Source: Ramazzottius varieornatus
Lineage: Eukaryota > Animalia > Tardigrada
NCBI GenBank assembly: GCA_001949185.1
Contig: BDGG01000002.1
Coordinates: forward strand, 7,740,448-7,804,447
Direction of reading: 5' to 3'
DNA: 64,000 nt
Shown: positions 25,468-34,697 of the stretch, piece after piece
Position numbering within the stretch: position 1 is the first letter of the stretch
Layout of the letters: each line of letters opens with the position of its first letter
The notes under the pieces: model-generated
Told to the model about the DNA's origin: nothing
Databases searched by the model: none
Seen by the model: the letters and a program-made list of their open reading frames with translations, nothing else
Made by a program: the position numbers and the translations under genes

Positions 25468-26391
25468 TTACTTGTGGGTATCACGAACATCGACCGTACG
25501 GACTTGCTCTTGGCGTTTCTGCATGGCCGGAAGCGTTGGATCCGCAGGTTCAGCTTTCACATTGCTAACCTTGCTCCCTCCCATATAGTTCGTGTAATAA
25601 TAATACCCACCAGCAGCCACTGCAGCCGCGATAGCCAGCGGTACCATCATGCCACCCCCACTAGCTTTCGGTAGAGCGGCACGGCCCGCGTTGATCCCAG
25701 AACTTCCGCCTCCGCTAGCACCTGGAGAACCTCCGATTCCCGCAGCTGAACGGGCATGGCTAGACGACTTGTCGACCCTACCAGACTCAGTAGCTGTATT
25801 GCGCGGAGTCCAGTCTTGGCTCTGTTGGGTGGTGCCTGGGGTTCCTGTCGTACCGGTGTGCGACGCAGCCTTGCCACCAGTTGAACCGGAAGTACTTGAG
25901 CCAGACATTCCAGTCGATCCAGAAGAACCACTTGAGCCTGAAGACCCACTCCCACCGGAGCCAGAAGAGCCCGATGAACCACTGCTACCACCTTGCATGC
26001 CGCGGCTGCCACCACCAACACCCGACTGCTGACCGAAACCGGAAGCCGCTCCTGCGCCGGTAACTGGGTTAGCGCCGCCACCGGTGGACGCAGTATGGCC
26101 AGAAGAACTTCCAGCCATGCTAGTTGACCCTGCTCCTGTACGTGGACCACTTCCAGAACTTCTACTGCTGCCTTGGTTCATTTCCGCTTGTCCACCGGAC
26201 TGTCCAGCCGAGCCATGGCTGCTGCCACCGCCCATGTTACCACTAGCGCTACCAGCGGGGCCGGACTTGGCATTCATTCCACCGGTGGTCTGACCTGTTT
26301 TTCCCATGGCTTCTCCCGATGCTCCAACGCGATTGCCGATGTCAGAGTTGGCGTTGCTGCCACCGGAAGATCCCTTGTTGGAGGACGACAT
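25468..26391 (-). CDS. Gly/Ser-rich disordered protein with C-terminal TM (cluster member A)
   Basis: 307-aa intronless ORF; TM LPKASGGGMMVPLAIAAAVAAGGYYYY; tail contains RTVD. Confidence 0.8.
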   Translation of the reverse strand: MSSSNKGSSGGSNANSDIGNRVGASGEAMGKTGQTTGGMNAKSGPAGSASGNMGGGSSHGSAGQSGGQAEMNQGSSRSSGSGPRTGAGSTSMAGSSSGHTASTGGGANPVTGAGAASGFGQQSGVGGGSRGMQGGSSGSSGSSGSGGSGSSGSSGSSGSTGMSGSSTSGSTGGKAASHTGTTGTPGTTQQSQDWTPRNTATESGRVDKSSSHARSAAGIGGSPGASGGGSSGINAGRAALPKASGGGMMVPLAIAAAVAAGGYYYYTNYMGGSKVSNVKAEPADPTLPAMQKRQEQVRTVDVRDTHK

Positions 26392-26397
26392 GGTGAT

Positions 26398-26607
26398 TTA
26401 GGGGTTTAGGGGAGCAGAAACGGCACTGGCTTGAGCTGCTACACGAGTTTGCTCTTCGGCACGATCCCTGGCCTTCTTCTCCAACTCGACTTCTCTCGCC
26501 TTTTCCAAGATAGTCGGTTTGAAGATGTAGGTACCTGAAATGATACCCAGACACACAAAGAACGTCGTCAAGAATCTAGGATCACGGAAAAAACCTGGGC
26601 CAAGCAT
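26398..26607 (-). CDS. PIGBOS1-like mitochondrial outer-membrane microprotein
   Basis: 69 aa; TM LGIISGTYIFKPTILE resembles human PIGBOS1 LGIAGGVYIFQPVFEQ (recalled from memory), followed by a charged E/K helix; splice acceptor TTTTGCAG 7 nt upstream of the ATG. Confidence 0.65.
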   Translation of the reverse strand: MLGPGFFRDPRFLTTFFVCLGIISGTYIFKPTILEKAREVELEKKARDRAEEQTRVAAQASAVSAPLNP

Positions 26608-26713
26608 GCCTCACCTGCAAAATCGTCGTAAAATCGAGAAAACTATTGAAACTTGATCACGCCGGCCTACCCAGCTCACGGTGGTGCTTGCGATAATGAA
26701 ATGAGCCCAACAA

Positions 26714-26791
26714 TGACGTCAAGAGCAAGGTGAATGGCTTGATTGCTAACTTGTTCGAACGGGATATCAGGGCATTATCGCCTTGACGTCA
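26714..26791. promoter_or_regulatory. Two perfect CRE palindromes (TGACGTCA) in a putative bidirectional promoter
   Basis: TGACGTCA at 26714-26721 and 26784-26791, between divergent genes. Confidence 0.45.
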
Positions 26792-26987
26792 ATGAGGTAA
26801 AACGATTGGCGAGAGCCATGGCGTTTCACAGAAGGAGCTCGTTTTTCGGGGTGAAAAAATTTTGCCATTCGGGAATATATATCGTTTTATTGGCAGGATC
26901 AGCTGTTCATCCGCACGTATTTCTCCTCCGTTGCTTCTCTTCCTGCCTTCTAGGAACATCTTCCTCGTTTGCCGACAGCTGTGGAAG

Positions 26988-27422
26988 ATGTCTACCACCG
27001 GATCGCAGATCGCAATCGGAGCGGCGGCCGCCGTGGCGCTTGGACTGGGGTACATGGCCTATAACAACTCTAGAAAGACTACCCCCTTCGCTGCAACTCA
27101 CGGACAAACGCTTCCACACCAACCTGCCCCTGCTGGAGTAAAAGGAGTCGACGTATTTAATGCAAATTACATTGAGGTAAGTTGCGTTAATGAGTAAGAG
27201 CGACGACCACAGTGCGAACTCTTGCTCAACTCGGTTTGTTAGTAAGTGATGTTATGTCGAAATTAGTCTCCGATCCGACCTTCGAATCTTCAGTTGACGT
27301 GAATGGTTATATTGTTGCAGGCTCGACACAATCCCGGAGTGAGAGATATCCCACAAGGTGGGCACTATGGTACCGATACTCGCTCGACAGTCGATCAAGG
27401 TTCGTCGCGCCCGCAGAAATGA
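26988..27422 (+). CDS. Small single-pass membrane protein (cluster member C), two exons
   Basis: MSTTGSQIAIGAAAAVALGLGYMAY..PAPAGVK..NYIE (donor at 27177) / ARHNPG..GTDTRSTVDQGSSRPQK* (from 27321). Confidence 0.75.
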
Positions 27423-27999
27423 AAAGCTGGAAGACCTTGGTAAAGAGTGCTAACCAAATAAGATGCGACCTTGGAATCCTGTGAAGAGTGTCGAGTTGTC
27501 AGCTTATGAATGTCTTCTTCGTGTTCGTTTGGTGTGATATCAAGACCCCTACAGTACTTCCCAAACTCCGATATTCTAGCTGTACACTACCAAAGCTGCA
27601 CTGGAGGTTTTGGCGTCTGGCTGTGATGGCTGGCAGGTGACTAGCCTCCTTCTTATTAATTAAACGGTGTTGCGGTGTTGCTTTTAACTTTTACCCACTG
27701 GGGCGTTAGTTTGTTTCGGTTTTGGATGACGGAAACCAGTTATCCGTAGTCCTTACTCGGGACCGAAACTTTGAAAAAAACCTGGAAGTCTCTCCTCTGT
27801 AAACATCGTAAATTACTTGGAAAAAGGACGAACAATACGTCATGCCAAGGACCGAGATTCGAGAACCTTCAGCTGTAAAACGTAAAATGAAAATAAACCA
27901 TCGCCAATTCTGTAAACGTTCCATGGATCAGAATGTACATTCGCCAGAGAAATAAATTAACAGTCAGTCAATGGGGAAATTATTGATAAAATTTAATCA

Positions 28000-29343
28000 G
28001 CATGTTCGTTCAACTCTTTCTGCTCGCACCACAGTTCGTTCAGCTCGATACGTGGAAGATCTTCGACTCCTCGAGTCAGCGGATGCGGAGGAGCTGGGAG
28101 ATTCAAATGCTGGCGGTAAGTTGTCAGATAGCGAGCACAAAACGCAAGCACGCTTCTTGGGTACTTTTGTCCACGTAGGATGAGGGTAGATGGCTCGAAG
28201 TAATCCGTTTCCGCGTCATGCGTGCTACAAAAAGATCAAAGGGACTATTATCAAGACTCCAGTCGGAATTGTTGTTCTTATTTATTGGAAAACGAGCGAA
28301 CAGATTCTTTTGTTTCTTACTGATTCTTCAGATACTTGAACACGGGATCCTTCGCCGGTAAACTCCTGAGGCAGTCTTCGAGCCTATGCAGCTGATCCGG
28401 AAGATATGGCCAGAACGCTATACATTGTTCCCATGAAGGAACCCAGAAGTCTTCTCCTTCTTCTGGAAGATTTAAGATAGCCTTGTGAAACACTGTTTCC
28501 CACGACCTTATACCGTCTGACTCTATGCGGTTTGTCCACCTGGGTTCTCCCACAGTCTCTGCTAGGAATGCGGACATGTACAGCATTGCAGATACACGTG
28601 CCTAGCCTAAATTTGGGGATGGACAAAAATGTGGGGAACGGAGCGAAAGCGACACGGGCCAGCTGTGGTGACCAATCAANNNTCCGTCCCCACATTTTTG
28701 TCCACCCCACATTTAGGCTAGGCGCGTGTACGGAAGAACGACCAACAGACGGAGGAATCAGTCCAACGTCGGTGAGGTACTGTGAACCTGGCATGGGGAA
28801 GTCACAAAGAGGAACCTGAACTCTGTACAAGATGATCTGCTGTATTTGAGGACCGCTCCGACGCTCTCAGCGTGTCTTCACAGTGAGTCAGCTTGACGTT
28901 GGCAAAGTCAATAATCACACAACGTGTTTTTTCGGTAACCATCCTTGTTCGTCCCTCCCGGGCCGCTTTCCGAGTTCCGCAAGGTGTCTGTAGCAGATCG
29001 AATGTTAACTTCCATTTTGCCAGATCGCGACTGCCTAAGCCGATGACGAATGATTTTGACAGGTAATCCCGAAGGATGCTGTTCCACGCCGAAGACACTC
29101 TGGAAATGAAAAAATGTGCGACGACATTGCGGACCTTCATTTGTTCCCAGGCATCTAACAGCGCACCTTTGACAAGCTTCTTGTTGTAGTGTTGGGAGGT
29201 GTTTGAAGATATCCCAAATGATGTCGTAGTTCAGATCGTCCCACCTCAGCATCGGCAACACAGGCATCCGGTCCACTCTTTAGCTTCTTCTTGGGAAGAT
29301 TCGCAATCCTCAGCTCCCGCGTAGCTTCCTTTCGCTTAGGCAT
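28000..29343 (-). pseudogene. F-box protein gene, disrupted by a MITE insertion and apparent frameshifts
   Basis: F-box-like WDDLNYDIIWDIFKHLPTLQQEACQR/VSSAWNSIL across a GT-AG intron; downstream frame broken at 28595-28728. Confidence 0.6.
28595..28728. mobile_element. MITE with long TIRs and TA target-site duplication (Tc1/mariner-type)
   Basis: TA-CACGTGCCTAGCCTAAAT...ATTTAGGCTAGGCGCGTG-TA; NNN gap inside. Confidence 0.8.
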
Positions 29344-29691
29344 TCCTTCATTTTTTCCCGCTCACCAACACCATCCCGAGCCTTTGAGCACGCTCAGCAC
29401 AGCCGATCAGAATAACCGGACAAACATCGAACAATTCCGGTGCACCATAAGAAAATTTTGAAGAAAATAGAAATTAGCGCTAATTTTTGACGTTACAGAG
29501 TTTGCGATTCGAGGACGGTAACGACACGGTCAATCAACTCGACTTCCAATCAACCCTTCGCATCCTGAGGCCAGAATTTTATGCACCTGACATCGCTAAC
29601 AATTCTGATTCTTCTTTGCAGGGATCTCCCTTCAAGATCCGTACCAAAACATATCTTCTTATTACCCTGAAGTCCGAAGCCAACTTTAACC

Positions 29692-30258
29692 ATGAATGAA
29701 TTTGACAGGTACCATCGACAAGCCGTGGAGCGGGCGGAGAAGGAAGGACGGATGCCACCATTGCCTCCACTGCGCCCCTTGCGTGGTAGAGAGCTCCGTC
29801 CAGAGGAGGATCTCTTCGAGCCCCGTTACTTTGCTCCCAGTCGCAACAACATCACTCGATCCAGCCTCAAGCCCAACAGGACACCTGGACTGCTAGCAGC
29901 CACCGCTACCATCAGCGTCGCCGTTTCATACCTCACTTATCGTCAAATGTACAAGCCATCCCGAGTGCCTGCTAACTACGACCAGTCCAATCTCGCCATG
30001 TGCCAGAAAAAGTATGGACCCATACCTGACCATGTGGTCCCCATCAACACGCTGGTGTCGTCTGGTAAGCAACAGAATCCTGATGCTCGGTATGGACCTG
30101 ATGCCGGAAACTCACTCTATTATACCCGGAACAAAGTCAACGCAGCAGAGCCTGCTTACACCTTTCAGAATTGGCATGCATGGGAGACACCCCTCGTTAA
30201 ACGGGAACAAGCTATGGAGAAAGGCGAAGAGATCATCAGATCTATTCGGGATCAGTAA
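29692..30258 (+). CDS. Hypothetical single-pass membrane protein (cluster member D, divergent)
   Basis: 188-aa intronless ORF; TM GLLAATATISVAVSYLTY followed by SRVPANY. Confidence 0.7.
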   Translation: MNEFDRYHRQAVERAEKEGRMPPLPPLRPLRGRELRPEEDLFEPRYFAPSRNNITRSSLKPNRTPGLLAATATISVAVSYLTYRQMYKPSRVPANYDQSNLAMCQKKYGPIPDHVVPINTLVSSGKQQNPDARYGPDAGNSLYYTRNKVNAAEPAYTFQNWHAWETPLVKREQAMEKGEEIIRSIRDQ

Positions 30259-30980
30259 ATGCGTGTATAGTTTTGCGATTGAAGTTTTATTCAGCGTGTG
30301 TTTTTACTTTGTGGTAGATGTGCAGAATTCGAATGTTTTTCCTGTGTCGTTATAATTAATAGAGAATTCCCCTGGTGCCAAGTGATTTCAGTACGAGGGT
30401 ACTTGTTTACGGACGTCAAAATATCACTCTAAAAACCTTCACCAACTACGTCCTGTGGTTAGGTTCTTGATACCTTCACAAGCACGGCTGTCTTCGGAAA
30501 ATCGAGTCTACCGGAAGTGAGCTACTGTACACTATTGACTGCGACACTTCCGGCCACGGGAGACAACTCAGTTTGCGTTGGCGCCGAAAGATGAGGGGAC
30601 CCCAGATTAGATAAGGTACAATATAATTAAATTATGTGCAGGCGGAAGAAAGGCACTAAGGAACCTTAGAACAGAATCGACAGTTTCGTAGGACCGCATT
30701 TCTGGGTCCTCCGCGCGAAATCTTCATCCATTGCAAACGCAGCACTGGACGGCTCTGTGGAGAAAGAGACTTTGTCTTCGGGACTCGTCAGTCGTCACTA
30801 CAGGAGAAATCCAGTATACTATAATCAACTTGAAATAAAAGTTACCTAGCAGCATTTGTGGTGCTAACGATAAGGCAAAAGGGTCGCGGGAAGAACAAGA
30901 CTCTGCCGACTACCATCCTCGTTTTGGATTAGTTTGTCTTCGACTCCTGTACTATCCTGACTTTTATTATATTCCCCACA

Positions 30981-31781
30981 ATGTCGGTTACAAGGCTGCT
31001 GATGCGGGCAGCAGCACGGTTTGCATTGCCCAGAAGTTATCTTACGTATCCCGGAAGCGCCGGATACAATGGTCCTTCCACTCTCTCCTCATTATTTCCC
31101 ATCAGGAGCAACGGATTATTTACCCAACAAACCGCCAACCTTCACAGTACACGTTTGCTTCGAGCGGGTGACAAAAAAGGGAAGAAACCAGAGAAAGGTG
31201 GTAAGGGAGGCAAAGGTAGCAAAGGTGGTAAAGGCGGCGGAGATAAGCCATCGAAAGGCGGCTCGAAAGGTGGTTCGAAGGGCGGGGGTGGAAAGCCAGG
31301 AAAGGGAGGTTCTAAGGGTGGCTCGAAGGGACCTGTTAGTAAAGCCGTGAAAGAAGGGGCGAAGGAGCTGAAGCACAAGGCTGAGAAAGCCACCAAAGGT
31401 GGACATGGAAGCAAAGGGCCGCAAGGCAAGTCGGAGAAGAGTGGTGGTGGAGGCAGTTCAGCCCTGGCCTTTGGTGGAGGCCTGATTGTCGGCGGACTGG
31501 GTGCTTACCTGGCTACGCAGATGGTCAACTCTAAGGGCAGCGGAGGTGGTGGTGGAGGCGGCCATGGTGGATCCGGAGGTGGCCATAAGAGCAGTGGTGG
31601 ACATCATCCCAGCACGTCGTCCCATCTAGTACCGCAGGATACTAAGTATGTCAGGAACAAGTACGACAACACCATCGGACCTAATAATACCCTCAGCTCG
31701 CGACCCGTATACGATAGAGATGGCAGACCGTTGGATGATCGAAGGACTGTCGATGGCGGAGAACTCCATCCTAGACAATAA
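30981..31781 (+). CDS. Putative mitochondrial Gly/Lys-repeat single-pass protein (cluster member G)
   Basis: Arg-rich, acid-free presequence MSVTRLLMRAAARFALPRS; GGKGGSKG repeats; TM ALAFGGGLIVGGLGAYLA; DTKYVRNKYDNTIGPNNTL; DDRRTVDGG. Confidence 0.8.
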   Translation: MSVTRLLMRAAARFALPRSYLTYPGSAGYNGPSTLSSLFPIRSNGLFTQQTANLHSTRLLRAGDKKGKKPEKGGKGGKGSKGGKGGGDKPSKGGSKGGSKGGGGKPGKGGSKGGSKGPVSKAVKEGAKELKHKAEKATKGGHGSKGPQGKSEKSGGGGSSALAFGGGLIVGGLGAYLATQMVNSKGSGGGGGGGHGGSGGGHKSSGGHHPSTSSHLVPQDTKYVRNKYDNTIGPNNTLSSRPVYDRDGRPLDDRRTVDGGELHPRQ

Positions 31782-32331
31782 GAAAGTTGGATTTAACATT
31801 TCTCCCTGTAATGCAGCTTTTCAAACGTATGATGCCCTTCGCCATGTGAAGTATCTTTCGCAGTTCCTTTTTCTGTGTATACCTTACAATACTCGTTTTT
31901 CTCCTACCGCGTCCGGTATGCTCGATGTCGAAGTTCTCAAGCCAAACCTGCTAATCCGAACGAATCTTTCATTATCAACGAAAAAAGGTTCGCTTTCCAA
32001 AAATGCATGCTTTGACAGACCGCCGTCTTCTACTAACGAAACGTATAGTGATATTGAAGATATCGCAAACGCTGGCATAACTAACGCGTACTTGATAGCA
32101 TTCGACCGCACGAGGCGATAAAAATAGGGAAACCCGTTAAACTACACGAGCACTGATTCCAGCTTGGTGCAAGTCCCGGAACCTTTCCAGATACTTAACG
32201 TATCAGCGTACTAGTTTATGATCTCGGACGCCTGCGAAAAAACACAAAACAAACCATGTTTGCGCACAAGTTTACTTCAATTCCGGTTGACATAATTATC
32301 ATCAAGGTCTGTGTCGACCATGCAGCGAAAC

Positions 32332-32754
32332 TTACGATGTGCCTTGATCGACAGTATATCGGGTGTCAACGCCATCCGTCTTGCCCAATGTATTGTTCGA
32401 CGCGATGTAGTTAGGTCCAGTATCAGCTATGGTGTTATCGTGCTCGTTTTTCACGTATTTCGTATCCATCGGTCCTCCCTGGGTCTTCATGCCAGCGGGA
32501 ACATGTGTCGGTCCAGCGCTGTATTTGTCCGCGTAGAAGTTCTGGTAGGCGTAGAACAAAGCAGCCGCCCCAGCCGCACCCATTAGTATAGCCGGAATGT
32601 TAGCTCCTCCACCTGAGCTGGAAGAAGAGGTAGATCCCGTGGTCCCAGTATATCCCGTCGTCCCAGTTGATCCCGCTGTCCCAGTTGATCCCGTCTGCGC
32701 GGCCATTAGCTGACGTCCGCCCGTCGAAAACCTCCTGCACGCCTGTCGCAACAT
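32332..32754 (-). CDS. Putative mitochondrial single-pass protein (cluster member E)
   Basis: MLRQACRRFSTGGRQL presequence; GST repeats; TM IPAILMGAAGAAALFYAY; THVPAGMK; DTKYVKNEHDNTI; DTRYTVDQGTS. The stop overlaps a possible GTAAGT donor. Confidence 0.8.
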   Translation of the reverse strand: MLRQACRRFSTGGRQLMAAQTGSTGTAGSTGTTGYTGTTGSTSSSSSGGGANIPAILMGAAGAAALFYAYQNFYADKYSAGPTHVPAGMKTQGGPMDTKYVKNEHDNTIADTGPNYIASNNTLGKTDGVDTRYTVDQGTS

Positions 32755-33185
32755 CTTGCCCGCCGATTCACACACCTGCAAAGCAAAAAGAGCAGTCAAT
32801 CGTACAGGATACTCCGAACACTGTACAGGTAGTAAGAATTACGAAAACAGTTCGAGAGGAAATTTACAGACATCTCTGACATCACTTCCAACCGGAAGTC
32901 GCGATTTTGTCCGTCAATCAACATTACGTCAATCAACCGTTCAAGTTGTGTCCATTGGGAATTTACCGCTTGCTGATAAGTACAAGTACGTACCCGTCAG
33001 TACCGTACTTTGGGCCAAAAGTACACAGTAACGCATTGGCAATCCCCATCAGCTGTTTACGTTCTCCTGTTTCCGCTCTCCTGTTCTCCCAACCTCAAAG
33101 AATCGTCTCAGCATTGCTCCCACTCTTTCTTCTCCAACGAGACAGCTTCTTTTCTCTTGTGTTGCAGGCTACTTCCGCAGCGAAG

Positions 33186-33740
33186 ATGTCACATAGAAGC
33201 GAAGGCCAGGGATCGGACAGTCGATCAGGACCAGCCATCGGGAGCGCCCACAAAGCCCCAACATCCTCGGCTGGCATGGGATCGACACACGGACAAAACC
33301 CTCAGACGTCCGTCAATACTGATAACCCAAGAGGCTTCCAGGTTGGAGGAAAGTCTCAGGTTGCAGCTGGACTGCCAAAGGGAGGTGGAATGCCGATTGT
33401 AGCTATGGCTGGAGGCGCTCTCGCTGTTGGAGCTGCATACTATTTCTGGTACGAGTAATAAAATTCTCGTACAGTAGTTAATTTCTCCAAGCTCCGGTGC
33501 AGGTTGTTTAAATTGATCGTGGTCTTTTTTTGCAGGAACTACGGAACAAAGAGCCATACCGCGGTCCCGACAGGAATGCAACCGACGGACCGGGATGGAA
33601 GCAAGAGCAGTTCGAGCCGTGACACTGGCTCTATTCCCGAGAGAAATCCCATCAACACCAACATCAGTAGCGGACCTGGTAATTACACCAAGGATAACGC
33701 TAGTTCAGGTGGCATCGGCTGGCAAAACGCTAGCAAGTAG
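33186..33740 (+). CDS. Gly/Ser-rich single-pass protein (cluster member F), two exons
   Basis: Exon 33186-33448 ..LPKGGGMPIVAMAGGALAVGAAYYFW / exon 33536-33740 NYGTKSHTAVPTGMQ..SGPGNY. Confidence 0.75.
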
Positions 33741-34697
33741 TTCGGTAGAACTGCCACTGCCTTATTTTACTTAAGTCTGTACACGCTACTTCAGCTTATC
33801 GTTTTGTGTGGGATTTCCGGAAGTGTATCCAGAGTTTGTTGGCGGAGGATTTAGACCTTTGCGTGCAGGAAGCTTCGCTGTTGGTTTTCAAGCCGAACGA
33901 AATTCTACTGGTTGAGCAGCTACTCTTGCAGACCCGTTCTGCCATTGTGAGTTACTGATGTACGAGATAATTTCTTGTTCCCGAATATATCGCGCCGAAG
34001 TGTAATTTTTTCAACTTCTAAGGTCCACACGGGGGGTGGGGGTGGCTCTGTCGAAGTTCATAGCCCGCGACCCTTTTAAGCGCAGAAGCCGCAAATCATG
34101 AAAAACGGCAAAGCTATCGATTGATAAGGCTGGACAGTGGATGAGTAAGTTTATGGACTGTAGTGCGCAACATTTTCTCTCACAGGTTTAGTAATTTAAT
34201 GATAATTTACATGACAATTTACAGTGACACCAAAAGATGCAGAGAATATGATGATTATACATACGAAAAGATCAATGTCACCGTAATATGTTTCATCGCT
34301 GATGTGAATCAGAAAGCACTGTGGAAAGTGCCAAGGTGCACCAGAAAAAAAGGACCCTACTAAAAAAATCGACCGACGTAGAAAACGGAGCAAAGGAAGC
34401 TGTACAGAGTCCGAAGCAGACTATACAGGGAACAACGTGTGAAACCACATTTATTTGGTAAAACTATACAGTGATCCAAAGATTCAATTTTCTTTCAATG
34501 ATCAAATGATAAAATTAATATAATATAGCATTTATGCAAAGGACGAGAAAAGAAAGATGATCCGCTAAAAACCGAAAACTAACGAAACATTCTTTTTCGG
34601 GCATTGTTTCTTCTTTCCACTGAGCAACGAGTCTTTCTGGCTTCTTCCACATGGCGACTAGTAACTTGAGCGTTAGTAGGTGGAGCGGAAGCCAGTC

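Noticed and set aside
25468-26391. Member A or G being Dsup, MAHS, CAHS or LEA
   Set aside because: Only compositional resemblance; both have a TM segment and lack the motifs I recall for those families.
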